Assembly (NCBI GenBank): GCA_951406725.2
Contig: OX597827.1
Location: 39,928,001 to 39,992,000, forward strand
From: Octopus vulgaris
Lineage: Eukaryota
Reading direction: 5' to 3'
DNA length: 64,000 nt
The translations under genes were made by a program, and so were the position numbers. The stretch's first letter is position 1. Every line of letters starts with the position of its first letter. Positions 37,329 to 48,769 of the stretch are shown here, piece by piece. The notes beneath the pieces were generated by a model that worked only from the letters and a program-made list of their open reading frames with translations, ran no database searches and was not told where the DNA came from.

Positions 37329-37931
37329 GGTTAGTAGGTGAATAGGAAGATAGGTGGGTGTTTGTGTGGATGGGTGGGTAGATAGATAGGTAGGTTATTA
37401 TGTAGGTAGGTAGGGTGAGAGGAAGATGGATAAGTAGGATAGAAAGTAGATATGTGGTAGTTAGATGTATTGGTACATGCAAGATATTGGCTTGTAGGTA
37501 TGAAAGTATCCTCATCTGTTATGATTTCTTACACAGCATTGGATTGACAGAATCAGTGGAGCAACAGACAAAACGTCTTGCAATATTTGTTCCAGCTTTA
37601 AAGTGGCAAGCTGACAGAACTGGTAGCACATTGGACAAAATGTTTAGTAACATTTTGTCCATCTTTACGTTCATCATCATCTTCATCGTTTAATGTCCGC
37701 TTTCCATGCTAGCATGGATTGGACGATTTGACTGAGGTCTGGCAAACCAGATATCTGCACCAGGCTCCAATCTGATCTGGCAGAGTTTCTACAGCTGGAT
37801 GCCCTTCCTAATGCCAACCACTCCGAGAGTGTAGTGGGTGCTTTTACGTTCCACCGCACCCACTACACTCTTGGAGTGGTTGGTGTTAGGAAGGGCATCT
37901 TAGTTCAAATTCCACTGAGGTTAAGTTAGCC

Positions 37932-40408
37932 CAGTGGTCCCCAAACCGTGCACTGCAGTGCACCGGTGCACCACAAGATGTAATTAGGTATACCTTGAAA
38001 AAGTAAGATCATATTTCAAAATATGAAAAATACAAACCGAAGTTCACTAGAAAATTCATATATAATGTCAAAGTAGCAAAAAACTAAATACTAAGTTCTA
38101 AACTAAGAATGAGAGGTGGTTGTGTCATTCAATTCATTTAGGCTAATTATGGTATGATTGTTACTCAATTTTGAATCTGAAATTTTATAAAGATAAGAAC
38201 TAGATTAGCATCAATCTGTTCTCAAAATTGACGTCTTATGGACATATTCACTTCACGACTGTTTTAGTTTATTTTGGCCGTATCCTCAGCAGTTTTCATT
38301 TCAATAATAAATATGAAAAATAAGCTATTGAACTAGAATATACAATGTTGAACTAAATCTTTTAATACATCCTCACATATTGCGGCTGTATTTCAGTTTT
38401 TTCACTCATATAGTGGTGAGAATTTTCATCTTTACAATTAATTTTGAAAAAGTTCTCAAAAGAGTCCAATAATATGTGACACGCTGCCACTTTTCACAGC
38501 TCATTGGTTACTTGTCTCAGTCTCAGTTTGACTCTGTTAGTATTCTGTGCTCTTTGTGTGAGACAATTCATATTAACAGACTAAATTACCTACAAAATGG
38601 AAAAGTTTATTAAGAGGAAACATAACAGTGATGGTTAAGAATCTGAAAGTGAACGTTTTTCAAAAACAACTAAGTGTAGTGATAATGTGAAAGCTCAACC
38701 CAGTCATAAATATTACAATAGCTATTTAAAGTTTGGGTTTCATTGGACTGGCAATGAGGATCTAATGAAGGCATGTTAAAAGTAGGCTGTTGGAGTGTTG
38801 CTTATCTGAACAAATTTGTGTTGATATGGATTCCCAGCACAAGCACTTACTTCTACGCACTCAAGTCAGATGGCTCTCAAAAGGTAAGGTGCTATGTCGC
38901 ATACATGAACTCTAGAAGGAACTGCATGCATTTTTTAAAGAAGAAAAACACAAACACTTCTTGTAATATCTACAATGTGAATTTTGGGTTTCCAAGCTGG
39001 AATATTTAACAGAGATACTTGCATAACTTAATAGTGTCAACACAAGTATGCAAGATAGAGTTGAAAACATTTTCTCTTTGACAGATAAGCTGGCTTCATT
39101 TGAAAAAAAAGTTGTAATCTGGATAAATAGAGCTGAAGGTGGTAACTTTGAAATGTTTCCCTTGATACGTAAAAGCTACAGAAAATAAATGACTCCTATT
39201 GTATTTGAACATTTGAGAAATCTCTCTTTTACTCTTTTACTTGTTTCAGTCATTTGACTGTGGCCATGCTGGAGCAAATGGCCTTTAGTCGAGCAAATTG
39301 AAACCAGGACTTATTCTTTGTAAGCCTAGTACTTATTCTATCTTTTGCCGAACCGCTAAGTTACGGGGACATAAACACACCAGCATCGGTTGTCAAGCGA
39401 TGTTGGAGGGACAAACACAGACACACAAACATATACACACACATACATATGTATATATGTATATGACAGGCTTCTTTCAGTTTCTGTCTACCAAATACAC
39501 TCACAAGGCTTTGGTCAGCTCGAGGCTATAGTAGAAGACAGTTGCCCAAGGTGCCACACAGTAGGACTGAACTCTGAACTATGTGGTAGGTAAGCAAGCT
39601 ACTTACCATACAGCCGCAGAAAAAATAAACTTTTATTTTCCATTATTGAACACAGAAGCGTATGATTGGGTTCAAAATCCCTTCGCAAAAATATGTGAAG
39701 AAGAGGAATTAACATCTATATCCAGTGATTGTGGACTTAAAATCAAGTATGCTGAGTAACCTATTGATACATTTTGGATTGCTATAATAGGAGAATACCC
39801 TTAAGTAGCAAAAAAAGCTTTATCCATTTTGATACTGTTTTCCACATTGTATTTATGTGAGTTGGGATTTTCAATCCACAATAACATTAACCCTTTTGAT
39901 ACCTACCTGGCTGAAACCGCCTCTGGCTCTTTAGTACAAATGTCTTGTTTTCATAAGTTTGAATTAAAATCTTCCACCAAACCTTAGTCACAATTTATGT
40001 TCCTAACACTAGTTAAATGATAACTAAGTTATTTTACTAAATTCTTTGTTATATTTAAAGTAATTGAAAGAAACACAGAGCATCTCAAAATAAATACAGT
40101 AACAAAAGGGTTAAATGCAAAGAAAGAGAGATGCTCCATTGCATCGAAGAAGAAATATTAAAAACATTTCCAAAAAACATCAAGCGCATGTTTCTCATTA
40201 ATAATCTTGTCTCATTTATTGAATAAAGAGTAAGTACATGCAATTTTCCTGTATTTTAAATTATCTATATATTACTTTATAGTTTATGCTATGGTAATAT
40301 GTATAAAACCCCTTTGAATAAATTTTAGAATTTATGTAAAAAGTGCACCAAAATATTTTGACTTCTTGTAAGGTGTGCCATGAGTAAAAAAAAGTTTAGG
40401 AACCACTG
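37932..40408 (+). mobile_element. Decayed hAT (Buster/ZBED5-SCAND3-like) DNA transposon
   Basis: CAGTGGT...ACCACTG termini; broken transposase motifs MEKFIKRK, YLKFGF, TQVRWLSKGKVL and the C-terminal STLYLCELGFS. Confidence 0.85.
39891..40110. mobile_element. piggyBac-type MITE
   Basis: TTAA|CCCTTTTG...CAAAAGGG|TTAA. Confidence 0.85.
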
Positions 40409-41881
40409 ACTTTCATCCCTTCATAAGTTGATAAAATAAGTACCAGTTGAGCACTGGGTCAATGTAAATGACTTACCCACCTTCCCACCCAGAATTGCTG
40501 GCCTTGTGCCAAATTTGAAACCAATCTTTTTTCCAGCTCTAAGGTGGTAGAATTGGTAGCACACCAGGCAAAATGCTTAGCAGCATTTCGTCTGTCTTTA
40601 CATTCTGAGTTCAAATTATAGTGACAAAAGCAGTATTAATACCAAAAGATATTATTTATCCCCACTTAAAAGTGGATGTTGTGTTAGAACACAGAATACT
40701 GTGAGAGTTATCATGAGAGAACCTCTCATATGGACTTGTGGTGCGTATAAGTATTCATGTTTATATCACTAGCAGGAGATAATCCATTACTATCACCACT
40801 GCCAACACTACCAGATGCCGTGATTGCAGCCTTCCTTGGCTTTATCAATGGTAGATGCCCAAAAGCTGGAAATAGCAGCAATCCCTCCACCAGTGATATA
40901 CACTGTGATATACACCAGTGATATACACCAGTAATATACTTTTTTACAATAGGACAAATTTATATTATTTGCTCTCAACCAAAGCAAGGCTCTATAACCT
41001 CACTACCTCCTCCTGATTAAAAAAAAAAGTATGGAGTGGGTCTCTAATAAACCAGCCTCTCAGTCCACAAAAAAAAGTATCTCAGTACCTAAATAGGCAC
41101 TGATATCACAAATAGCCATTGGGCTTATTCCTTGACCCACTTCGGTCGTGAATGACCATGGGATTGATTGCACCTAGAAAGTTACCCTCCAAGGTACAAG
41201 ACCGGGCAAGGTTGTTTGTGGAAGGCCAGCAGTCACCTATGCATACCGGCCTCCCCTCTCCACACCACTGATGTTATCCAAGGGAAAGGCAAAGGCCAAT
41301 ACAGCTTGGCACCAGTGATGTCGCAACTTATTTCTACAGCTGAGTGAACTGGAGTAATGTGAAATAAAGTGTCTTGCTCAAGAACACAACATGCAGCCCG
41401 GTGCGGGAATTGAACTCACAACCTCACAATCATAAGCTCGATGCTCTAACCACTGAGCCATGCTCCTTCACACTGGGCTTATTACAAAACAATTAGTAGC
41501 AACAGAAGCGGTTAATATTTATCACCCCTTAAAAGTAGACGTTGCATTAGAACACAGAATATGGCAATAGTTACCATGAAATATATATCTGTGTGTGTGT
41601 GTGTGTGCGCGTGTGTGTGTGTGTGTTTGTGCGTGTGTGTGAGTGTGTGTGTGTGCGTGTGCATGCATGCACGTTCTTGTCTCTCCTTTTCTTAATATTG
41701 TTCAATGGTTGTAAATGATTGTCCCAGTCATACAAGCAGTATCATTCATTTCCAATATCCCAAGAGAACATGTCTGGTTATGGAGAAATGTTACCTTGCT
41801 CAGAATCAGGTGAAGGTTGACAAACAGAAAGAGCTTCCAGCTTAGAAAGTTTGCCTCAATAAACCCTGCCCAACCCATGCA

Positions 41882-42001
41882 ATGACACAACAAACGAAAA
41901 TTAATTCAAATGAAAACTAGTTCAAAACAAGCAATAAGTGAAAGAATACTTTAGCTATGACTTCAACGATCCCTTTTCCACGAAAGTGGTCTGGTACTTC
42001 A
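41882..42001 (-). pseudogene. Tandem partial duplicate of the NATD1 exon 2 3' half and its donor site
   Basis: Matches 42070-42173 (gcaataagtgaaagaatactttagctatgac...ggtacttca). Confidence 0.85.
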
Positions 42002-42121
42002 TTGGCTCAAATTTATGTTAAAAGGATGACGACAATGATGGTGGTGGTGGTGGGAGGGTGATGACAAGGATGACATAACAAACAAATATTAATTCGAAAC
42101 AAGCAATAAGTGAAAGAATAC

Positions 42122-42246
42122 TTTAGCTATGACTTTAGCGATCCCTTTTCCACGAAAGTGGTCTGGTACTTCAGTATGATAGAGATCTACTTGGTTGTCT
42201 TTGATCCATTCATACTCAAGGATGGCCTGACTTGGTTCTTTGTGAT
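42122..42246 (-). CDS. NATD1: NATD1-like exon 2 ([41 protein letters not shown])
   Basis: Acceptor tttcttttcatcag; GT donor at 42121; contains DLYHTEVP and the RGKGIA acetyl-CoA motif typical of NATD1/YjdJ; 125 nt, phase 1 to phase 0. Confidence 0.92.
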
Positions 42247-44764
42247 CTGATGAAAAGAAACAAAAATCAATGGAATAAAAATGGAATGCAACTGGTTATT
42301 TAGGTAATGGGGTAAAAAAGGATAAATGATAAGGAAAGTAAGTTGATCCCTGACATGAAAATGAAAACTGAAAAATGAAAATGAAAACTGTAAAATGAAA
42401 ATGGAAATTGAAAAATGAAATTAAGAATTAAAGAGAAAAGGAAAAGTATTTTTTTAAATATTCAAATGAAACAACAGAAAAATTATAAGAAATATATTAA
42501 AATGAAACAATGGAAAAATTATATGAAACAATGGAAAAATTATAAGAAAAATATTAAAATGAAACAAGGGAAAAATTATAGCAAAAACTTGAATAATTAT
42601 TTTAGAATTTTTTTTTTAATTTAAAGAAATGTTGACAAATAAAAAAGGAAATGGAAAATCAAAACCAAACCCTTATTGTAATAGAGCTAAACTAAGTATA
42701 TCGTTGTATGTAACTAAAACACTGCCAGCTCTCCCTCTCAATCTATCACACAAGCCCTAAGTAACACATGCATTACATGGCTTCTCACACAAACTTGTCT
42801 TCTCTCTGAAGGACTGAGACAGACAGACACAGTGACAGAGGGGAAAATGAAAAACAAAGAGAATTGCTTTCTAGCAGGTGAAAATATCTTCTGGTCTACT
42901 GGGTGTATAACTGTCTGGCTATATTTTTCTTGATATAAAGGTGATATCAATATATGTCAGTTGGTCCCAGTCCTCAACATAGGAGTTTCTGCATGGTCAA
43001 AAAACATGCTGGAAATAACAGTCAATTCTCTTTCAAATCATGTCCCACTGTCTTCAATAACAGATGTATTGAGCAATGTAGTCCCTGATATACAAAAGAT
43101 GGGATGGTCACAAAAGGATTATTTCTTATAGGTATATTTGATCGAGGAAATTCTGGAGGTAAAACAGCGAACAAACAAGTTTACTTCTGGCCAATGAAGA
43201 ATGGTCTCTGCACAATCACTCAACCTATTAAAAATTGCAGACAAATTTCCTTCAAATCACCAAGTGCCCTTTTAAATTAGTAAAGATCATATTGGACAAT
43301 ATATAGCCCTACATAGGTGTGGCTGTGTGGTAAGAAGCTTGCTTCTAACCACATGGTTTTAGGTTCAGTCTCACTGCATGGCACCTTGGTCAAGTGTCTT
43401 CTACTATTGCTTCAGGTTGTGAGTGCATTTGGTAGATGGAAACTGAAAGAAACTCATCGTATGTGCGTGTGTGTGTGTTTGTATCCCACCATCACTTGAT
43501 AACTGGTGATGGTGTGCTTACAGCCCTGTAACTTAGTGGTTCAGCAAAAGAAACTGATTGAATGAGTACCAGGTTTGGAAAAATAAGTACTGATGTTGAT
43601 TCAATTGACTAAATTTTTTCAAGGTGGTGCCCCAGCATGGCCACAGTCTAATGACTGAAACAAGTAAAACAATACACACACAAACTGTTTTATGGAGATA
43701 ATATTTCATCACTGAATTAAAAATAATAAGAGAGGTCATGTCAATACTGATTAAAGTCAACAGGGGTAGTGTTGCCTCCATCGCCTCCAAATAAATCACA
43801 TGAGACAGTCTATTCTAAACTCCATTTGAGCCTACCATTGGCTATAAAAACTCACCTCCTCCTCGTCTCAGAGTCTGTTGGTTCCAGACCTTCTAAGGTC
43901 GAACCACTGACCACATTACAGTGACCTCCATCTTCATCGCCACCATCATGTCTCTCACCAAGGTCATCAACATCTCTACACAGCACCAACAACACTGCAC
44001 TGGTTCTAACATATCGCAATTTGTGAGCTTTCCTCACCAGGGTTAACAGCAAACATACAACTGATGCAGATGCATGTAGATATATGGATAAGTGTCCACC
44101 AACCACTTCCATTTATCATTCAGCTTGTGGCTGGCATTAAAGACATTTAAAGTTACCACCTTGTTCCATGTATTTCTTTATACCGTGTTCCTGTCAAACA
44201 ATATTATAGCCTTCTGAGTAAAGTCACATTAGATGGAATACAACCTATCTTTCTAAATAGCATTTGGTGATAGTGGAAGGGAATGTGAAAGTAAAAATAG
44301 AAAGCTAATGAAGAAAATTAGAAGTGCTGAAGTCAGACCACAATATGCTAAGCCTTGTAAAAGTGGCAAGCTGGCAGAAATGTTATCTTACCAGACAAAA
44401 TATTTAGCAGCCTTTCTTCTGGCTTTACATTCTGAGGTCAGATGTTGGCAAGATTGACTTTGCTTTTCATCCATTTGGAGTCAATGAGATAAGTACTAGT
44501 TCAATGTAATTGACTAGCCACTCCCCTCAAAATTACAGGCTTTGTGCCAAGAGTAGAAAGAATATGGTAAGCCTTGCAGAAGAGGTGACAAAAAGATTTG
44601 AGATGAATGGTTACAAGTTGTGCAGCATATTCATCAAACAGACATGGGTGTCTCTACATGGCTGCTCAACTTGCTAGAAATAGAAGTCAGATTTCCTTCA
44701 GCTCACACCCTACTGTCTTAAAAAGGTAAGGACATGTTAGAGAATATAGTCCTACATACTTAAA

Positions 44765-45195
44765 GTGAAGGAAAGTTATGGAAGAGGGAGACCCAGAAAG
44801 ACATGGGACAAAGTACTGAAGACCAATCTCAAAACACTGAGCCTTACAAAGGAGATGACAGAAAACTGGGATATGTGGTGCATTGTTGTATACAACAAGA
44901 CCCACCCACCACAGCAGAATATCCTAAAACTAAGATGTCATGTAAAAATCATTGGTGTGGGTGCTGGTATCATATAAAAAGCACTGGTGCTGGTGTCACA
45001 TAAACAGCACTGGTGCTGGTGTCATGTAGGAAGCGCACTCTGTAAAGTGGTTGGTGTTAGGAAGGGTATCCAGCTGTAGAAACCAAGGCAAAACAGACAA
45101 TAGAACCTGGTGCAGCCTCTGGTTTTGCCAGTTCCTGTCAAGCCATCCAGCATAGAAAACAAGTGTTAAATGATGTTGATGATGATGATGATGAC
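44765..45195 (+). mobile_element. RTE 3' end with (GAT)n tail
   Basis: GRGRPRKTW C-terminal motif, then the shared aggaagggcatccagctgtagaaac...gttaaatgatgatgat-type tail. Confidence 0.7.
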
Positions 45196-45410
45196 ACTGC
45201 AAAAAGGTTGAGAATGTCACAGCTGAAATGTAGATGTAGAGGCACCTTCATCTATTTTGCCATGCTTGTTATGGAGGTTGTTATTCACAGCAGCAACTTT
45301 CATAGCAAGCATTAATTTATTCTTAAGCATCATGTTGACCTGATCAAATAGAACTATGATCAAAGATGTTCTATCCTGTGGGGTGGCAGTCACAGATAGC
45401 ATATCTAGGT

Positions 45411-46263
45411 TAGTGATTCTCAACCATTTTTTATTTATGAACCCCTTTGATAACTATTTTACTCTGGTGGACCCCATTACAGATACTTCTTTCAAAATCC
45501 CTATTTTGTTTCTCCCACATTCACTTTTGTAGGTTTATGACAACACTCTCTGACAGAACATGTTTCAGTGGCCAAAAACATAACTACGGAGATGTACTTG
45601 CATAGCAAGTGACCTGATCTGAGATCGTGTGCTGGAACGAAAACAATTGCAGCGGGGAAGGTGTTTATAAGCCATTTGAGAAACACACAAAAACCGTTAG
45701 ATTCACTTCAACATTTAAATTTAATTTATCAAAATATTTTCGTCGCTTTCAGACCTTGACAAAATTCTGTTTCTTGTAATAAATACATCTAAGGCAATTT
45801 TTTTTCACGGACCCTTAAAATACTGCTGTAGATCCCCAATTTACCATTTTGCTTATATGGAGGTAATTATTCTGGAGGTAAAACAGCAAACAAGTTTACT
45901 TCTGGCCAATGAACAATGGTCTCTGCACAGTCACTCAACCTATTAAAAATTGCAGACAAATTTCCTTCAAATCACCAAGTGCCCTTTTAAATTAGTAAAG
46001 ATCATATTGGACAATATATAGTTTTCATTTTCATGTCAGGGATCAACTTACTTTCCTTATCATTTATCCTTTTTTACCCCATTACCTAAATAACCAGTTG
46101 CGTTCCATTTTTATTCCCTTGATTTTTGTTTCTTTTCATCAGATCACAAAGAACCAAGTCAGGCCATCCTTGAGTATGAATGGATCAAAGACAACCAAGT
46201 AGATCTCTATCATACTGAAGTACCTGGAGGAGGGGTCATATAAACCCTTGTTGGGAACCACTG
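45411..46263. mobile_element. Non-autonomous hAT (Buster/Charlie-type) MITE carrying captured local sequence
   Basis: TIRs tagtgattctcaacc / gttgggaaccactg; degenerate 8-bp NNNTANNN TSD (atctaggt/atgtacat); related copies at 25978 and 36654. Confidence 0.7.
46021..46224 (+). pseudogene. Inverted copy of the NATD1 intron 1 3' end plus the first 82 nt of exon 2
   Basis: Reverse complement of 42165-42368 with 2 mismatches in 204 bp by manual alignment. Confidence 0.92.
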
Positions 46264-46738
46264 ATGTACATTAGCCACTGTCCTCTTCCTTAAAGATTTG
46301 TGGTGGTGTGGTGAGTTAGATCTGGTTATTTCTCGCAGGCCGACTGGCAGCGTACCTACACTATTATATAAAGATGAACGTAGTAACAAAAGGTAATAGA
46401 TTTGGATACGTTACAATGGGTTATTGAAAGGATGTGTAATTTTGCAGTGGGCTCATTTACTTTCAATTATCCTCGATTTGCAAAGTTTCAGTGTCCTGTG
46501 TGGTATCACGATACTCCTGATGATCGAACCACATCATTTGTGATCTTAAACCCCGATCTTCAGATACTTACAACCTTCAAGCGGACTTTAACTGCTTCTA
46601 CGTCTTATGAAAAGCCGGTACTTGCTGCAGGTGTCCCCAACATAAACACTGAAGGACTAAAGGGCTCCACTCGTCAGGAACATTAATATCCGAGAAGGTA
46701 ACTTCCATGACCCTGAACTTCTGCGAGCTATAAACTCC

Positions 46739-46983
46739 GGTACTACTTAAGAAGAGTGGTCCCGGTGCGCGCACTCGCATGCTCGAGCTAGCTAGTCGTG
46801 ACTAGTCGATCCTTTGCGTTTTATTTACTGTTTTAAAAAAAATTATTTACTTTATGTAAAAAAATTATTTATTTTGCGTTTTATTTACTTTGCTAGGTAG
46901 TCGTTGTAGGATCGACTAGTCACGACTAGCTGGCGCGGATGCGCGAGTGCGCGCACTCGGGACCACTCTTCTTAAGTAGTACC
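46739..46983. mobile_element. Young foldback MITE with a 9-bp TSD (Mutator/MULE-like)
   Basis: TIRs of about 75 bp, outer 25 bp perfect (GGTACTACTTAAGAAGAGTGGTCCC); perfect TSD ATAAACTCC at 46730-46738 and 46984-46992. Confidence 0.88.
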
Positions 46984-47265
46984 ATAAACTCCGACGGACA
47001 AAACCACTTAAGGTCATCCCAATAACTACGTTGTAATTATAACTATAGCAAACATACACACATATCCTGAAAATGCCTACTGGTCGCTCCAGATCGAAAA
47101 ACAGCAGACAATATCTTCCTTGTACCTAGAGTTCTAGAACAGACGAAACAGAAAAAAAGACGGGATGGTCACAGCTGGACACCTTTGATCAGGATTAAAC
47201 AACATCAGCAACAAACATATCGTTAGTAACAATAATCCTTTCTACTATAGGCACAAGCCACTTAC

Positions 47266-47413
47266 TTGGAGGTTGTGGCGGTAAATCTATTATAAATTTA
47301 TTCATATTAGGTTTATGGACAACGGTAAAATCGTCAGGTAAAGCTGCGGCCATAGTCTTCGCTCTGGAAGCTAAAAGTCGTGTAACCATTCGGGGTCCAG
47401 TTAGCAAAGACAT
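47266..47413 (-). CDS. NATD1: NATD1-like GNAT acetyltransferase, coding exon 1 (MSLLTGPR...FTVVHKPNMNKFIIDLPPQPP, phase 1)
   Basis: ATG at 47413; GTAAGT donor at 47265-47260; 148 nt joins in frame to exon 2; FTVVH...KFII resembles the NATD1/YjdJ N-terminal strands. Confidence 0.85.
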
Positions 47414-47892
47414 TGTTGAGAATAAATGAACGTTTGTTTACGTTTCAGAGACAGATGCATTTGTCGGTAGACACGTGAAACAGAGACAAGTATATTACAA
47501 GGATACTCAGCTGAACAGCACACCAATCCGACATTGCCCACGTCTCTCTCTCTCTCTCTCTCTTTCTCAGTCCTTCAGAAAGAAGATGAGCGGTGTAAGA
47601 ACCAATATAATGCGTCCTTTTTTTTTTACTTTTTTCCTTATTTTACTTGTTTCAGTCATTAGACTGCGGTCATACTGGGGCACCGCCTTGAAGACTTTTT
47701 AGTTGAATGTATTGACCCCAGTATTTGTTTTAAAGCCTGGTACTTATTTTACCTATATCTTTTGTCGAACCGCTAAGTTATGGTGGCGTAAACACACCAG
47801 CACTCGTTGTCAAGCGGTGATGGTGGGGAGGGACAAACACAGACGCAAAGACACGCCCACGCACACACAGCTATATGTGTGTGTGTGTGTGT

Positions 47893-48205
47893 GAAGGCGC
47901 GTGGCTTAGTGGTTTGGGCATTGGGCTCTAGATCGCAAGGTCACGAGTTCGATTCCTGGCAAAGCATTGTGTCCTTAAGCAAGACACTTTATTTCACGTT
48001 GTTCCAGTCCACTTAGCTATCAAAAATGAGTTGTACCTGTATTTCAAAGGGCCGGCCTTGTCACACTGAATCTCCCTGAGAACTACATTAAGGGTACACG
48101 TGTCTGTGGATTGCTCAGTCACTTGCACGTTAAGTTCATGAGCAGGCTGTTCCGTTGATCGTATCAGCTGGGACCCTCGTTGTGGTAACCGACGAAGTGC
48201 TCCTA
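47893..48205 (+). repeat. tRNA-derived SINE, family C (related heads near 21810, 41130-41470 minus, 61275, 61982)
   Basis: gaaggcgcgtggcttagtggt...gagttcgattcc...tgtgtccttaagcaagacacttt. Confidence 0.8.
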
Positions 48206-48409
48206 ATATATATATATGAAAGCATATATATATGCATGAAAGCAAATATATATATGCTTTCATGCTGCACAAAGTTTTGTCAATGAAAGAGTCATAGTTT
48301 CAAAGAGACGAAAATATTTTGAAACAAATTAAATTTAAATGTTGAAATGAATCTAACATTTTTTTGTGTGTTCTTAAATGGCTTACAAACATCTTCCACA
48401 CTCCAACTA

Positions 48410-48707
48410 ATTTTTCTAATAATTTTTCCTTTTCTCTTTTTAATTCCTATTTTCATTTTTCAATTTTCATTTTCATTTTCCTGTTAAAGATCTTTTTATT
48501 TTTCTTATCTTTTATCAGTTTTCCTCATTCCTTAAATAACCTTGTTGCCATTGTTTTTTTGTTATCGTTATTTTCATTATTATTATCTGATCACAAAGAA
48601 CCAAGTCAGACCATTCCTAAGTATGAATGGATTGAAAATAACCAAGTAGATCTTTATCACACTGAAGTACTAGACCATTTTCATGGAAAAGGAATTGCCA
48701 AAGTCAT
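48410..48707 (+). pseudogene. Diverged inverted copy of NATD1 exon 2 and its upstream intron, located upstream of the gene
   Basis: 48590-48707 encodes [39 protein letters not shown]; acceptor AG is changed to TG. Confidence 0.85.
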
Positions 48708-48769
48708 CATCATCATCATCACCATCATCATCATTGTGATGTATAGGAAGAAAAAAGACAGAAGCGAAG

